Shown: positions 28,143 to 37,766, numbered from the stretch's first letter. The stretch: DNA of 64,000 nucleotides from Verrucomicrobiota bacterium (GCA_024279685.1 JAJRRI010000035.1:3081-67080), one strand, 5' to 3'. Translations and numbers: made by a program. The notes: generated by a model not told the origin, from the sequence alone.

Positions 28143-30197
28143 ATGAGGAAAAACAAAGGATGCAAACTATTTACGGCGATAGTGGCTTTTGTCATGATGG
28201 CCAGTCTATCGATGGGACAGCAGGATTTTCGCTACCGGCTGAGTGGGGATTGGTTCAATTTGCGAATGTCGACAGACGATTCGGGTTGGTACGAACCCGG
28301 CACGCTAGTCCCTCTCGCACCCGGAGTAGCGGACAACGCCCGAATAAACTGGGGCGGAAATACGGTAACGCTCACCAATGGCGCGGTCGTGGTGGGGGGG
28401 ATGCAATCGGGGTGGGATTCGCCCGGAACGTTGCTGATTGGTGCGGGCGGCGACTTGAGCACCAGCTTAAGTGTGGTTACGAACAACTCGGTGATTGGAT
28501 TTAACAATGTGGGCGTGTTGACCGTCGAAACGGGCGGTTCGGCTCTGTTTCGTTCGGACTTTTTGGTGGGGCAACAAGCCTCTGGAGTTGGCACGGTAAA
28601 TATTAATGGCGGAACCATTACGGTGGACGGCGAATTTCGTGCGGGAGATTTAGGCACCGGATCAATCTTTGTGAATGAGGGCGGCACTTTGAATCTGAGT
28701 GGCTTAGCCACCAACGGAATCGATTCGATCCGCGTGGGATCCAAACTGGATATTGTCGGTACCGGCCAAGTCATTATTTCGGGCGACGCGGAAGATACCG
28801 TGAACCTATATGTGGCCAATGGAACCCTTCTGGGAAATGGCGTAAGTAATAATGTGATTGTGCAGGTGACCTTCGGCGCAGAAACGAATACCACCATTAC
28901 CGCCATCGTGGTCGTGCCTAATGTCGTGGGTAGCTTCTTGGGTTCAGCAACGAATGCGATTCAAAATTTGGGTTATGTGACTGGAACCGTTGTTGATGGC
29001 TATGAGCCAGGCGTGCTATCGGGTGCGGTCATCGGGCAGGACCCGTTAGGCGGATCGAGCGCTGCGCCTGGAACGGTTGTAAACCTGATCATTCAGGAAC
29101 CCTTTCTTCCCGTCAGCGTTCAAGAGAATACGTGGTGGGGTCCTACCAGTGGCGATTGGTTGGCTGCCACGAACTGGAGTGCCGGCGTGGCTCCCATCCG
29201 GGAAACGCAGAACTATTCGGTCAGGCTTAGATTGGGGCCGATCGTAACCTTGACTAACTCGATTCGAGTCAGTTCATTGGAAGTTGGAACGAGGGCCACA
29301 CCTGGAACTCGGTTGACGATTTCAAATGGCGGGAGCCTCATTGGCGGCGGACGGGCGAATGGAGGCACAATCCATTGCTCCTTTGGCGTCAGTGCAGAAA
29401 CGGTTGTAACGGTTCAGACGAACTCGCTCTTGCAAACGCAATCCTTTGCTATTTTGGGGCACGGTATAGGCACACCAACCGATTACACGGTCACACTAAA
29501 TATTGATGGGGGAAGTTTTATTAGTAAAGACTGGATGGGGGTCGGATACCTCTCGAAGCAGATTTGGGGAGTGATCAATGTTGATAATGGCGGATACTTC
29601 GAAGTCCTTCGCTTTCACGATGGGCGCGACGGTGCGGGGAACTCGACGAATGGCGTGATTAACCTGAACCATGGCACGATGGTCATGAATGGGAATGCGA
29701 CGAACTTCATTAATGGAGCCATCGCAAATGGGTTTATTGCACCCAACCCAGATACACCTTATACGTTGGACTATAATGTGACGACCGCGGGTAAGACGAC
29801 CTTACGCCTTATACCCGCCAGCTATACGGCGTGGGCGGAAACCTGGGGCGTGGACATTGGCTCGGAAACCGATGACTATGACAACGATCAGGCGGATAAC
29901 CTCTGGGAATACGCCGCAAACGGAAACCCCACCAATGCTCAGGATACGGGAGTCGCTCCTGTGCTGGCAAATGATGCCGGAGTGCTGACGTATACTCACC
30001 TTGTGCGCGCTGACGACCTTAATCTCGTCTACACGGTACAAACCACAGGGATACTGACGCCGGCCAATTGGGTGGATACTGGGTCGACCGTTATTGGAAC
30101 GGAGGTCAGTGGCGGCGATTATAACACGGTGACTAACCTCGTTTCACCGGTGGCCGTCGATCAATCCTTCCTGCGTGTGGAAGTCGACAATCCCTAG
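28143..30197 (+). CDS. Secreted modular protein: two autotransporter/PEP-CTERM-type passenger modules, a central PASTA domain and a C-terminal DxDxD...FLRV domain
   Basis: RBS GGAGGAGG before ATG 28143, then a signal peptide. GxLTxxxGG beta-repeats. PASTA VPNVVG..IGQDP..GTVVNL at about 28911-29102. Terminal domain from 29823. Confidence 0.75.
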   Translation: MRKNKGCKLFTAIVAFVMMASLSMGQQDFRYRLSGDWFNLRMSTDDSGWYEPGTLVPLAPGVADNARINWGGNTVTLTNGAVVVGGMQSGWDSPGTLLIGAGGDLSTSLSVVTNNSVIGFNNVGVLTVETGGSALFRSDFLVGQQASGVGTVNINGGTITVDGEFRAGDLGTGSIFVNEGGTLNLSGLATNGIDSIRVGSKLDIVGTGQVIISGDAEDTVNLYVANGTLLGNGVSNNVIVQVTFGAETNTTITAIVVVPNVVGSFLGSATNAIQNLGYVTGTVVDGYEPGVLSGAVIGQDPLGGSSAAPGTVVNLIIQEPFLPVSVQENTWWGPTSGDWLAATNWSAGVAPIRETQNYSVRLRLGPIVTLTNSIRVSSLEVGTRATPGTRLTISNGGSLIGGGRANGGTIHCSFGVSAETVVTVQTNSLLQTQSFAILGHGIGTPTDYTVTLNIDGGSFISKDWMGVGYLSKQIWGVINVDNGGYFEVLRFHDGRDGAGNSTNGVINLNHGTMVMNGNATNFINGAIANGFIAPNPDTPYTLDYNVTTAGKTTLRLIPASYTAWAETWGVDIGSETDDYDNDQADNLWEYAANGNPTNAQDTGVAPVLANDAGVLTYTHLVRADDLNLVYTVQTTGILTPANWVDTGSTVIGTEVSGGDYNTVTNLVSPVAVDQSFLRVEVDNP

Positions 30198-30211
30198 TCG
30201 GATAAAAATCA

Positions 30212-30236
30212 GAGCGGGGGGAATCTTCCCCCGCTC
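30212..30236 (+). terminator. GC-rich hairpin, probable intrinsic terminator
   Basis: GAGCGGGGG-gaatctt-CCCCCGCTC 15 nt after the stop. Weak U-tract. Confidence 0.55.
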
Positions 30237-30309
30237 CTTATACTCCGTTTTAGAAAAAATATTGTGGTGAGCGGAATAAGCCACTCACCTAAAAAAAAGG
30301 AACATACAT

Positions 30310-31242
30310 ATGAATAAAAAACTACTGATGGGACTCGTATTTTGCGGCATGGCCGTAGGTAGCGCAAATGCGCTATTTTATCGAGGTAGCGGAAATTGGA
30401 CAGATACGACACCTTCCGCTCCCGGCCCCGGCTGGCAGTCGACTGTGCCAGGCTCAACGGACACTGCCGAGCTGAGACTGGGCAATACCGTGACGCTAGG
30501 CTATGCAGCGCCCAGCGTGGCAAGCCTGCAGATCGGCCGAGGAAGAACCGGGTTTACGGATGACCGTTCCGGCACGTTGAACATTCAAAGTGGTGGAAGC
30601 GTGACCTCCTCCGGCGACATTATAGTCGGCTTGAGCGGAAACACGGCGGCCCCAGTGGCTAACTACCAAGGTACGCTTAATATTAATGCGGGTGGATTGT
30701 TAACCGGGCTCACTTCCATGCGGGTCGGCGACCAGACGGGCGACGGCCCAGACGTTGGAGTCGGTGTTGTGGTGGTAGATGGAACTCTAACTCTCGCTCA
30801 GCACTTGTGGTTTGGCCGTCTTGGCGGAATCGGTACCATGACGATCAATAACGGCGGCGTGGTAAATGTAGGCGGAGGCCTTGGTCTTGGAACTTCGAAT
30901 GGTCTGGCTCCTTCGGGCGGAACCGGCACCCTTACGGTTGAAAGCGGCGGTCTGCTGGCGTTGAACACCTGGAATAATGATGGCACGAACGCGATTCAAT
31001 CGGGATCTGTGCTGAATATTAATGGAACCGGTGTGGTGACCATAAACGGAGACCGTCTTGCTTCGGCTGATTCCTACATTGCAGCGGGAAAGATTCTTAC
31101 GGATGACGTCAGTCTTTCGGTTACGTACGATACGGTATCGGATGTTACCACGATCGTAGCCATTCCAGAACCTGCAACGCTCGGAATGGTTGCGGCCTTT
31201 GGTGGTGCTTTGATCTTCATTCGTCGCAGAATGTCCATCTAA
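30310..31242 (+). CDS. PEP-CTERM sorting-domain protein
   Basis: Signal peptide (..AVGSANA), passenger beta-repeats, C-terminal IPEPATLGMVAAFGGALIFIRRRMSI. Confidence 0.92.
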   Translation: MNKKLLMGLVFCGMAVGSANALFYRGSGNWTDTTPSAPGPGWQSTVPGSTDTAELRLGNTVTLGYAAPSVASLQIGRGRTGFTDDRSGTLNIQSGGSVTSSGDIIVGLSGNTAAPVANYQGTLNINAGGLLTGLTSMRVGDQTGDGPDVGVGVVVVDGTLTLAQHLWFGRLGGIGTMTINNGGVVNVGGGLGLGTSNGLAPSGGTGTLTVESGGLLALNTWNNDGTNAIQSGSVLNINGTGVVTINGDRLASADSYIAAGKILTDDVSLSVTYDTVSDVTTIVAIPEPATLGMVAAFGGALIFIRRRMSI

Positions 31243-31277
31243 TTCATGGAATAAACTAGACGTTTAATACACGAATC

Positions 31278-31303
31278 GGCGGCAGAGGTTTTCCTCTGTC
31301 GCC
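31278..31303 (+). terminator. Intrinsic terminator
   Basis: GGCGGCAGAGG-tttt-CCTCTGTCGCC followed by ATTTT. Confidence 0.7.
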
Positions 31304-31457
31304 ATTTTAGGTGAAAAACCGCATGATCGAGCCTTTTTTCACTCACGCAGTACGATTGAGGCATGAAAATAAAGAAGGGGTTCGAGATTCACCGAGCCCT
31401 GTAATAGGCGCAGGCTTATATCGAATCGCTGGTGTTTAAAATGAAATTTACTCGCCA

Positions 31458-31483
31458 CACGATCTCTAAATTTTTAGATCGTG
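31458..31483. promoter_or_regulatory. Inverted repeat, candidate operator upstream of the GH87 fusion
   Basis: CACGATCT-N10-AGATCGTG, about 70 nt upstream of the start codon. Confidence 0.35.
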
Positions 31484-31551
31484 AAGAACTAAGCTCCATC
31501 GGATGGCAGTGCTTTATATTTTTTTAAAAACCCGACCCAATGAAGGAATAG

Positions 31552-34431
31552 ATGATGATAAATAAAAACAGAAAAATACGATTTAATCCGACGGCCTTCT
31601 TAATAAGTGCGGTTCTATTCGCTTCGGGGGGTGCGCTAAAAACAGATGCAGCGGTTCTATTGTCCGACGGGATGGATTATGCGAACGATACGACCCTTCA
31701 AAGTGCCTGGACGAGTGTCCACGGAAATGGAAATGTTAAAACTCAAACTTCGTATACGCCCGCGCCTTTGGCGGGGCAGTCGGATAGTCCGGTTTCAGGA
31801 AAGTTTATGGAACTGGACAATCAAGTGGTCTATCGGGAGTTGTCGGCCAATACCGCCGGCGACTGGAGTCTGAGTGCGAAATTACTCCATAACACGTACG
31901 GTCGGCGGCTGATTGTTTTTTTGCTGAATGAAACCGGAACGCAGGGATATGGGATGCTTTGGGACTCTGCCCAGGTGAGTAGCTCCGGCGGGGAAGGATT
32001 CTATCGAATCAGAAAATTCGATAACTCCAGCTATACCGATTGGACCACGTTTGGAAACGGAATTTCAATTCCTGGGGATTGGCCGAGCTCTCATCCGATC
32101 ACCGGATATGCCGTGACGAGTGCGCCGAGTTCAGATCAAGATACAGCGACGTATGATACTGCTTCTTGGGCCGATTTTGTTTCCCTCCGGCTGGAATGGA
32201 CAGCGGCAACCGGAACGCTTACGTTATTCGAAAATAATGTTCAGGTGGGACAGGTCGTTGATACGAGTTTTACGAATTTTAAACGTATTTATCTGAGTGG
32301 AAATACCGCTGGATTTTTTGACGATATTGAACTCAACGGTACTTTTTACATGGGGGGTTATGCGGGGTGGGCGGCAAGCTACCCTGCTCTGGTTGGGGGG
32401 GAATCGGATGACGAGGATAACGATGGCTTATCGAATTTAGAAGAATATGCGCTAGGCGGAAATCCAACGAATGCCAACGATATCGGTTATGTTCCAACCA
32501 CGGGGGTTTCGGGCGATTTCTTTGAAGTGATTCATGTGCGCCGTATCGCAGCGGCGAACGAACTGCTCTACTATTTGGAGCAGAACGAGGATCTGGTGGC
32601 TAGCCCGGGATGGGATAGAACCGGGGAATATGAGATCACGGGGATAGGCCCCTTTCCGGCTAATCCAGAATTTGAAGTCGTGACGAATCAGATTTCGATG
32701 GTGGGTAATTCGCAAGAATTTTTTCAGTTGAAGGTCAGTAATCGTTCGGATCCATTTCCTCCGCTGTTCAATACAACCACGTTTGGGGCCACCGTTCCAT
32801 TTGTCACTTTGGAAGGCGAGGATGCTGCGGCCACCAGCGGTTCTATCGTTCAGTTAGGCGCTCCGTATCCGTGGCCATCGACCCCCGCACAGGAAGCTTC
32901 TGGACGGGCGTTTGTTGAATTGGATAGTACGGGAGAATATGTTGAATTTAATGTGCCGGCCGACGCCGATGGGATGGTGATTCGCCACTGTATTCCGGAT
33001 GCGCCCGGGGGTGGGGGAATGAGCGCCACGTTGGGGCTCTATGTGAACGGAGTACGCGTTCAGGACGTGAATCTCTCGTCTAAATTTAACTGGCTCTACA
33101 TCACCGATCCCACGCCGTATTCAAACGGACAGGACAATACGCCCAATGGCTTCCCGCATGTCTTTTGGGATGAAACCCGGTTGCTTATTTCGGGCGGCGT
33201 TGTGGCGGGCGATGTAATCCGCCTCCAGAAGGATGCGGGCGATACGGCGGCCTATTACCGGATTGATTTGGTGGAGCTTGAAGAAGTTCCGCCGCCGCTG
33301 ACCCAGCCGGCCAACTCGCTTTCGATCGCCGATTATGGCGCTGACGGCTCTTCGGCCGCCAACGATACGCCTGCGATCAAAAACTGTATTGCCGCCGCGC
33401 AAGCTCAGGGGAAAACGGTTTGGTTCCCGGTTGGTACGTTTTTGCAGGATGAATATTTTACATTGACTGGAGTCAGGGTGCAGGGCGCCGGGATGTGGCA
33501 CACGACCTTGTCCGACACCGTGGGAGATGCTGGCACGAATGGGAGGGGGCATTTTGGCTTTTATCTTCAGGGGGATGGCCCTGGGGTTTCTGACATGATG
33601 CTTAATAGTTTGGAAAATACACGCCGCCAGGGGAACTCTCCAAGACCGCTTTTTGGACGGTCAAATAATTGGGCCGTCGAACGGGTGTGGATCACGCATA
33701 CGGCATACGGCATGTGGCTGGCCGGGAACAATGGCGTGGTTCGAGACTGCCGCGTTCGGTTTACCTATGCGGATGGCATTAATGTGAATGACGGCAGTGC
33801 ACATGAGTTGAACAATGTGCTGGTCGAAAATAACCATGTGCGCGGAACGGGTGACGATGGCATTGCGGTACTGGCTCACATGTCTTCCCCCGGGAAGGTC
33901 AGCCAGATTACGGTGCGCCATAATACGGTGATCGCTCCCTATTGGGCGGCCAATCTGGATATGACGGGGGGAACGGATATTCTGATGCATAATAATGTCC
34001 TCGCGGACGGCGGTGGGTTTGTAGTGAATCTACCCAGTGCATACGGAATGGAACCGCTGGACAATGCGCTCTTTACCTATAATAAAATTATGCGGTGCGG
34101 TTATATTTCTGGGGGAGGGGGGCAGCGGCGCGGGGCCATTTGGATTCTTCCAAATACGTCTTCACTCAGTGATTTTCGGATCGAAAACAACGTGGTGGAA
34201 GACGCCCTCTACCATGGGATTGAAATTGTGGGAACTCAGTTCCAGGAGATCCTCTTTAAAAATAATACCATTAACAATAGCGGCCGCAAGGCGGTTTCGA
34301 TTGGCTCGTCGGCAAATGGAATAGGCACGTTCGAGGACAACGTATCCACGGGATCCAGTGAGTTGCCGTACTTCGATAATAATTCAGGAACCTACACCGT
34401 CGTGGATGACGGTAGTAATAGCTGGAACTGA
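31552..34431 (+). CDS. Secreted multidomain GH87-like (alpha-1,3-glucanase/mycodextranase-type) beta-helix glycoside hydrolase with an N-terminal beta-sandwich and an internal DxDxD...FFQL domain
   Basis: Signal peptide. GATVPFVTLEGED, QEASGRAFVEL, VIRHCIPD, GAGMWHT, YADGIN and RGTGDDGIA match GH87 catalytic modules as recalled. Internal domain at 32359-32739. Confidence 0.78.
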   Translation: MMINKNRKIRFNPTAFLISAVLFASGGALKTDAAVLLSDGMDYANDTTLQSAWTSVHGNGNVKTQTSYTPAPLAGQSDSPVSGKFMELDNQVVYRELSANTAGDWSLSAKLLHNTYGRRLIVFLLNETGTQGYGMLWDSAQVSSSGGEGFYRIRKFDNSSYTDWTTFGNGISIPGDWPSSHPITGYAVTSAPSSDQDTATYDTASWADFVSLRLEWTAATGTLTLFENNVQVGQVVDTSFTNFKRIYLSGNTAGFFDDIELNGTFYMGGYAGWAASYPALVGGESDDEDNDGLSNLEEYALGGNPTNANDIGYVPTTGVSGDFFEVIHVRRIAAANELLYYLEQNEDLVASPGWDRTGEYEITGIGPFPANPEFEVVTNQISMVGNSQEFFQLKVSNRSDPFPPLFNTTTFGATVPFVTLEGEDAAATSGSIVQLGAPYPWPSTPAQEASGRAFVELDSTGEYVEFNVPADADGMVIRHCIPDAPGGGGMSATLGLYVNGVRVQDVNLSSKFNWLYITDPTPYSNGQDNTPNGFPHVFWDETRLLISGGVVAGDVIRLQKDAGDTAAYYRIDLVELEEVPPPLTQPANSLSIADYGADGSSAANDTPAIKNCIAAAQAQGKTVWFPVGTFLQDEYFTLTGVRVQGAGMWHTTLSDTVGDAGTNGRGHFGFYLQGDGPGVSDMMLNSLENTRRQGNSPRPLFGRSNNWAVERVWITHTAYGMWLAGNNGVVRDCRVRFTYADGINVNDGSAHELNNVLVENNHVRGTGDDGIAVLAHMSSPGKVSQITVRHNTVIAPYWAANLDMTGGTDILMHNNVLADGGGFVVNLPSAYGMEPLDNALFTYNKIMRCGYISGGGGQRRGAIWILPNTSSLSDFRIENNVVEDALYHGIEIVGTQFQEILFKNNTINNSGRKAVSIGSSANGIGTFEDNVSTGSSELPYFDNNSGTYTVVDDGSNSWN

Positions 34432-34516
34432 TGACTTCCCCTCCGTTTTAACCCTCTTGAAAAAAGGGGGCGGCGGGGCTGAAAAATAAATAGAGCACCA
34501 TGTGGAGTATAAAATA

Positions 34517-36319
34517 ATGAAAATCGATTTTAGGTTTAGTGTGGCGGTTCTTACCCTGGCGATAGGGGGCGGGGTTTCCCCGGTGGAAGCGGGGGTTGCG
34601 ACGTTGACGAAGGACCGGGTCGCTGAGGGTAAAGTTTGGGTGCCCCGGGCGTTAGTGAATACGAATGTTTTTGGGGCAACGGTTCCATTTGTCACACTCG
34701 AAGGTGAGGATGGTTCTTCAAATGGCTCGGTGGTTCAGCTGGGGACGCCTTTTCCTTGGCCGTCCGTTCCTGCTCAGGAGGCTTCAGGTCGTGCGTTTGT
34801 TGAATTAGAAAACACGGGCGAATACGTGGAGTTTAAGGTGTCTGATAAAGCGAATACCTTGGTGATTCGCCACTGCATCCCTGATGCCTCCGAGGGCGGG
34901 GGCATTACGGCCTCGCTGGGATTGTATATAAATGGAACCCGCGTGCAAAACCTCAGTCTCTCCTCCAAATTTAACTGGGTGTATATTACGAATCCGAGGC
35001 CGTATTCAAATGGGCATGACAATACGCCGAATGGCTTCCCGCATATGTTTTGGGATGAAACGCGATTTTTCCTCTCGCAGGAGGTGAAAGCGGGCGACGT
35101 AATTCGCCTCCAAAAAGATGCGGATGATACGGCGGCATACTATCGCATTGATTTGATAGAGCTCGAAGACGTTGCGCCAGCCCTCCAACAACCTGAAGGG
35201 TCTTTGTCGATTGTTGATTATGGCGCCACCGGGCAGTCGGCGGATATCGATACCCCCGCGATTAAGAAGTGTATTGCGGCGGCAAAAGCGGAAGGTAAAA
35301 CGGTTTGGTTTCCGGCCGGTACGTATTTTCAAAATGAATATTTTGTATTGGACGGAGTCAAGGTGCAGGGCGCCGGGATGTGGCACACCACGTTGTCCGA
35401 TGTCGTGGGCAATGCCGCGACGGGCTGGAAGGCGAACTCTGGGTTTTGGTTTGGTGGTGTTGGACCGAGTGTTTCTGACCTAACGTTTAATAGTATCGCC
35501 AATACCCGCCGTCATCTAGGGGCTCCAAAGTCATTCTTCGGAAACTCACGAGATTGGTCGGTTGAACGGGTTTGGGTAACGCATACCGGAACCGGCATGT
35601 GGCTCGCAGGGCAGAACGGGGTTATTCGAGATTGCCGGATCCGCTTCACCTACGCTGACGGGATTAACGTGAATAACGGAAATACTTTTTATTCGGTCGA
35701 TAATGTGTTGGTCGAAAATAACCATGTGCGCGGAGCGGGCGATGATAGCATTGCGATTTTAGCTCATGGAGACTCGACCGGCGGCGTTTCCCGAGTCACG
35801 GTTCGCCATAACACCGTGGTGGCCGATTGGTGGGGAGCGAGTTTGGATATGACGGGCGGGAATGACCATCTCGTTCATAACAATCTAATTTTAGATGGAG
35901 GTGGATTTGTGATCAATCTGCCTGGAGCTTATCCGATGATCGCGTTGAGCGATAGTCTCTTTGCTTATAATAAGATTATACGCTGTGGAAAACGGTATGG
36001 AACGACGTCGGCCTTGGAGCGCGGGGCTCTTTGGGTTTTTCCATCGACGGCGGGGATTCAGAATTTAAGAATCGAGAATAACTGGATTGAAGATTCCTTT
36101 TATCACGGGATTCATGTGACTGGAGATGAACCTCAAGAGATTTACTTTAAGAATAATAAAATTGGACGGAGTGGTCGGGAAGCGGTCTTTATCTCTTCCT
36201 CAGCCGTCGGGACGGGAACGTTTGAAGGCAATGTATCCAGAGAATCTGGAGCCGCCTCGCCCCTGGTAAACCGCTCCAAAAAGTATAAAGTGACCGACCT
36301 AAATAACGATTGGGAGTAA
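34517..36319 (+). CDS. Secreted GH87-like glycoside hydrolase, paralog of the preceding catalytic module
   Basis: Signal peptide from ATG 34517. Same motifs: GATVPFVTLEGED, QEASGRAFVEL, YADGIN, RGAGDDSIA. Near-identical DNTPNGFPH.FWDETR segment. Confidence 0.8.
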   Translation: MKIDFRFSVAVLTLAIGGGVSPVEAGVATLTKDRVAEGKVWVPRALVNTNVFGATVPFVTLEGEDGSSNGSVVQLGTPFPWPSVPAQEASGRAFVELENTGEYVEFKVSDKANTLVIRHCIPDASEGGGITASLGLYINGTRVQNLSLSSKFNWVYITNPRPYSNGHDNTPNGFPHMFWDETRFFLSQEVKAGDVIRLQKDADDTAAYYRIDLIELEDVAPALQQPEGSLSIVDYGATGQSADIDTPAIKKCIAAAKAEGKTVWFPAGTYFQNEYFVLDGVKVQGAGMWHTTLSDVVGNAATGWKANSGFWFGGVGPSVSDLTFNSIANTRRHLGAPKSFFGNSRDWSVERVWVTHTGTGMWLAGQNGVIRDCRIRFTYADGINVNNGNTFYSVDNVLVENNHVRGAGDDSIAILAHGDSTGGVSRVTVRHNTVVADWWGASLDMTGGNDHLVHNNLILDGGGFVINLPGAYPMIALSDSLFAYNKIIRCGKRYGTTSALERGALWVFPSTAGIQNLRIENNWIEDSFYHGIHVTGDEPQEIYFKNNKIGRSGREAVFISSSAVGTGTFEGNVSRESGAASPLVNRSKKYKVTDLNNDWE

Positions 36320-36425
36320 ATCGGCACGTTGTTCTGAGCTCGACGCGGAGAAGGACGGTGTAGATTTGGGATTGCTCGGCGTCGGAGGTGCTGATTTTAC
36401 GCATCGTGATGATGCCCTCTCCAAT

Positions 36426-37199
36426 TTATAATCGTTGCAACGTTAAGCCTCCATCCACATAGATCACCTGCCCCGTCGCGTAGGGCAGGTCGCCCCGAGC
36501 CATCGCAGCCGCAAGTTTCCCGACATCTTCCGGTAGGCCCCATCGCTTGAGTACGCATAGATCGGTTTCAAAAATCAGCTGGTCATATTTTTCCGTTACC
36601 CCAGCGGTCATATCGGTTGTGATGATGCCGGGGCGAATTTCATAGACTGGAATTTCATATTCGCCAAGACGTGCGGCAAACAGCTCACTCATCATACCCA
36701 AACCTGCCTTGGAGATGCAGTAGTCGCCTCGATTGGGCGATACGACCGTTGCGGAAATTGAACCGATATTTATGATGCAGCCCGTAAAATAATCATCGGC
36801 TTGTCGTTGCTTAACCATCCAGTTGGCCACCGCCTGCGTTAGAAAATAGGGACCCTGAAGATTAATTTTTATGATCCACTCAAAACTCTCTTCGTCGGCC
36901 TCTAGAATATCGGCACGGGTCTTTGGTGCGACGCCCGCATTGTTGACGAGTACGTCGAGGCGGCCAAACCGCTCGTTAATCTCTTCGAGCATGGCCGCGC
37001 GGTCCTCGGCGGAGGAAACATCACCGGAGCAGTAAAGAACTTCAGCCCCTTTGTTTTCTAAGGACTGAATAGAATCAGCCACCTTCGAGTCCTCGCTGCG
37101 ACCGCTTAAAACAAGATTAAACCCGTCTGCTGCTAACTTTTCGCAAATGCCAAATCCAATACCTCGCCCGCCGCCGGTTACTAAGGCTACTTTTTTCAT
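36426..37199 (-). CDS. Short-chain dehydrogenase/reductase (sugar-acid SDR, often annotated 3-ketoacyl-ACP reductase)
   Basis: TGGGRGIG, NNAG, catalytic YCISK, EIRPGII, YATGQVIYVDGG. Confidence 0.88.
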   Translation of the reverse strand: MKKVALVTGGGRGIGFGICEKLAADGFNLVLSGRSEDSKVADSIQSLENKGAEVLYCSGDVSSAEDRAAMLEEINERFGRLDVLVNNAGVAPKTRADILEADEESFEWIIKINLQGPYFLTQAVANWMVKQRQADDYFTGCIINIGSISATVVSPNRGDYCISKAGLGMMSELFAARLGEYEIPVYEIRPGIITTDMTAGVTEKYDQLIFETDLCVLKRWGLPEDVGKLAAAMARGDLPYATGQVIYVDGGLTLQRL

Positions 37200-37217
37200 G
37201 ATTCGTTTTCCTTAAGG

Positions 37218-37766
37218 TTAAAAACGTTTTTGTTTACGTATATGTTGAATGATAATTCGGCAGTCTTCGAGGACTTCATAGGTATGCTCGAAAACCGCAT
37301 CAAACTGAAGGCATTCGCCCCTAGAGAGGACATGGTTTTCATACGGAAGATTAATTTTTAACGTTCCCTCTAATACCCAACAAATTTCAAAATCATCACG
37401 GTGCGCATCCGGATTGGACCGGGAGGCCCCTTTCGGGGCTTCCGCGTAGAAACATTTTGAGTTAGCAAACTCGATTTGTCGAAAATGAAAGTCCCCCGCA
37501 ATGCGCTCGCTCTCGTGCTGGCACTGCGCGGTTCTTGATTCCACCAGCGCTAGCATTTCAGAGGCTGTTAATCCAAAAGCGCGTGCCAAGCGAAACAGGG
37601 TTTTAAGTTCGGCAGTGGTCTGATTGCGCTCCAGTTTAGAGATAACCGCGGGCGAAATCCCGGTTCGCTCGGAAAGATCGGCAATCGTCATCTCCGCTCG
37701 TTTTCGCAAATCTCGCAAGACCGAAAAATTGTACATCTGCATACTGTCATCTCTCTCTCTAGCCAC
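37218..37766 (-). CDS. XRE-family HTH transcriptional regulator with C-terminal cupin sensor
   Basis: LRDLRKRAEMTIADLSERTGISPAVISKLERN HTH. Cupin HRDDFE..GTL..GECLQFDA..HTY. The true start may be ATG 37742 or 37736. Confidence 0.88.
   Translation of the reverse strand: MARERDDSMQMYNFSVLRDLRKRAEMTIADLSERTGISPAVISKLERNQTTAELKTLFRLARAFGLTASEMLALVESRTAQCQHESERIAGDFHFRQIEFANSKCFYAEAPKGASRSNPDAHRDDFEICWVLEGTLKINLPYENHVLSRGECLQFDAVFEHTYEVLEDCRIIIQHIRKQKRF

Noticed and set aside
28232-28906. 224-aa minus-strand ORF, and similar antisense ORFs over the secreted-protein, GH87 and symporter genes
   Set aside because: Antisense shadows of Gly/Thr/Val-rich or hydrophobic real genes, with no independent motifs.
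30260-30280. ATTGTGGTGAGCGGAATAA, resembling the E. coli lac operator
   Set aside because: The match needs insertions and loses the operator symmetry. Probably chance, with no other vector sequence nearby.
37219-37230. AAAAACGTTTTT palindrome upstream of the SDR gene
   Set aside because: It lies in the last codons of the XRE gene (QKRF) and is explained by coding sequence, so it was not counted as an operator.
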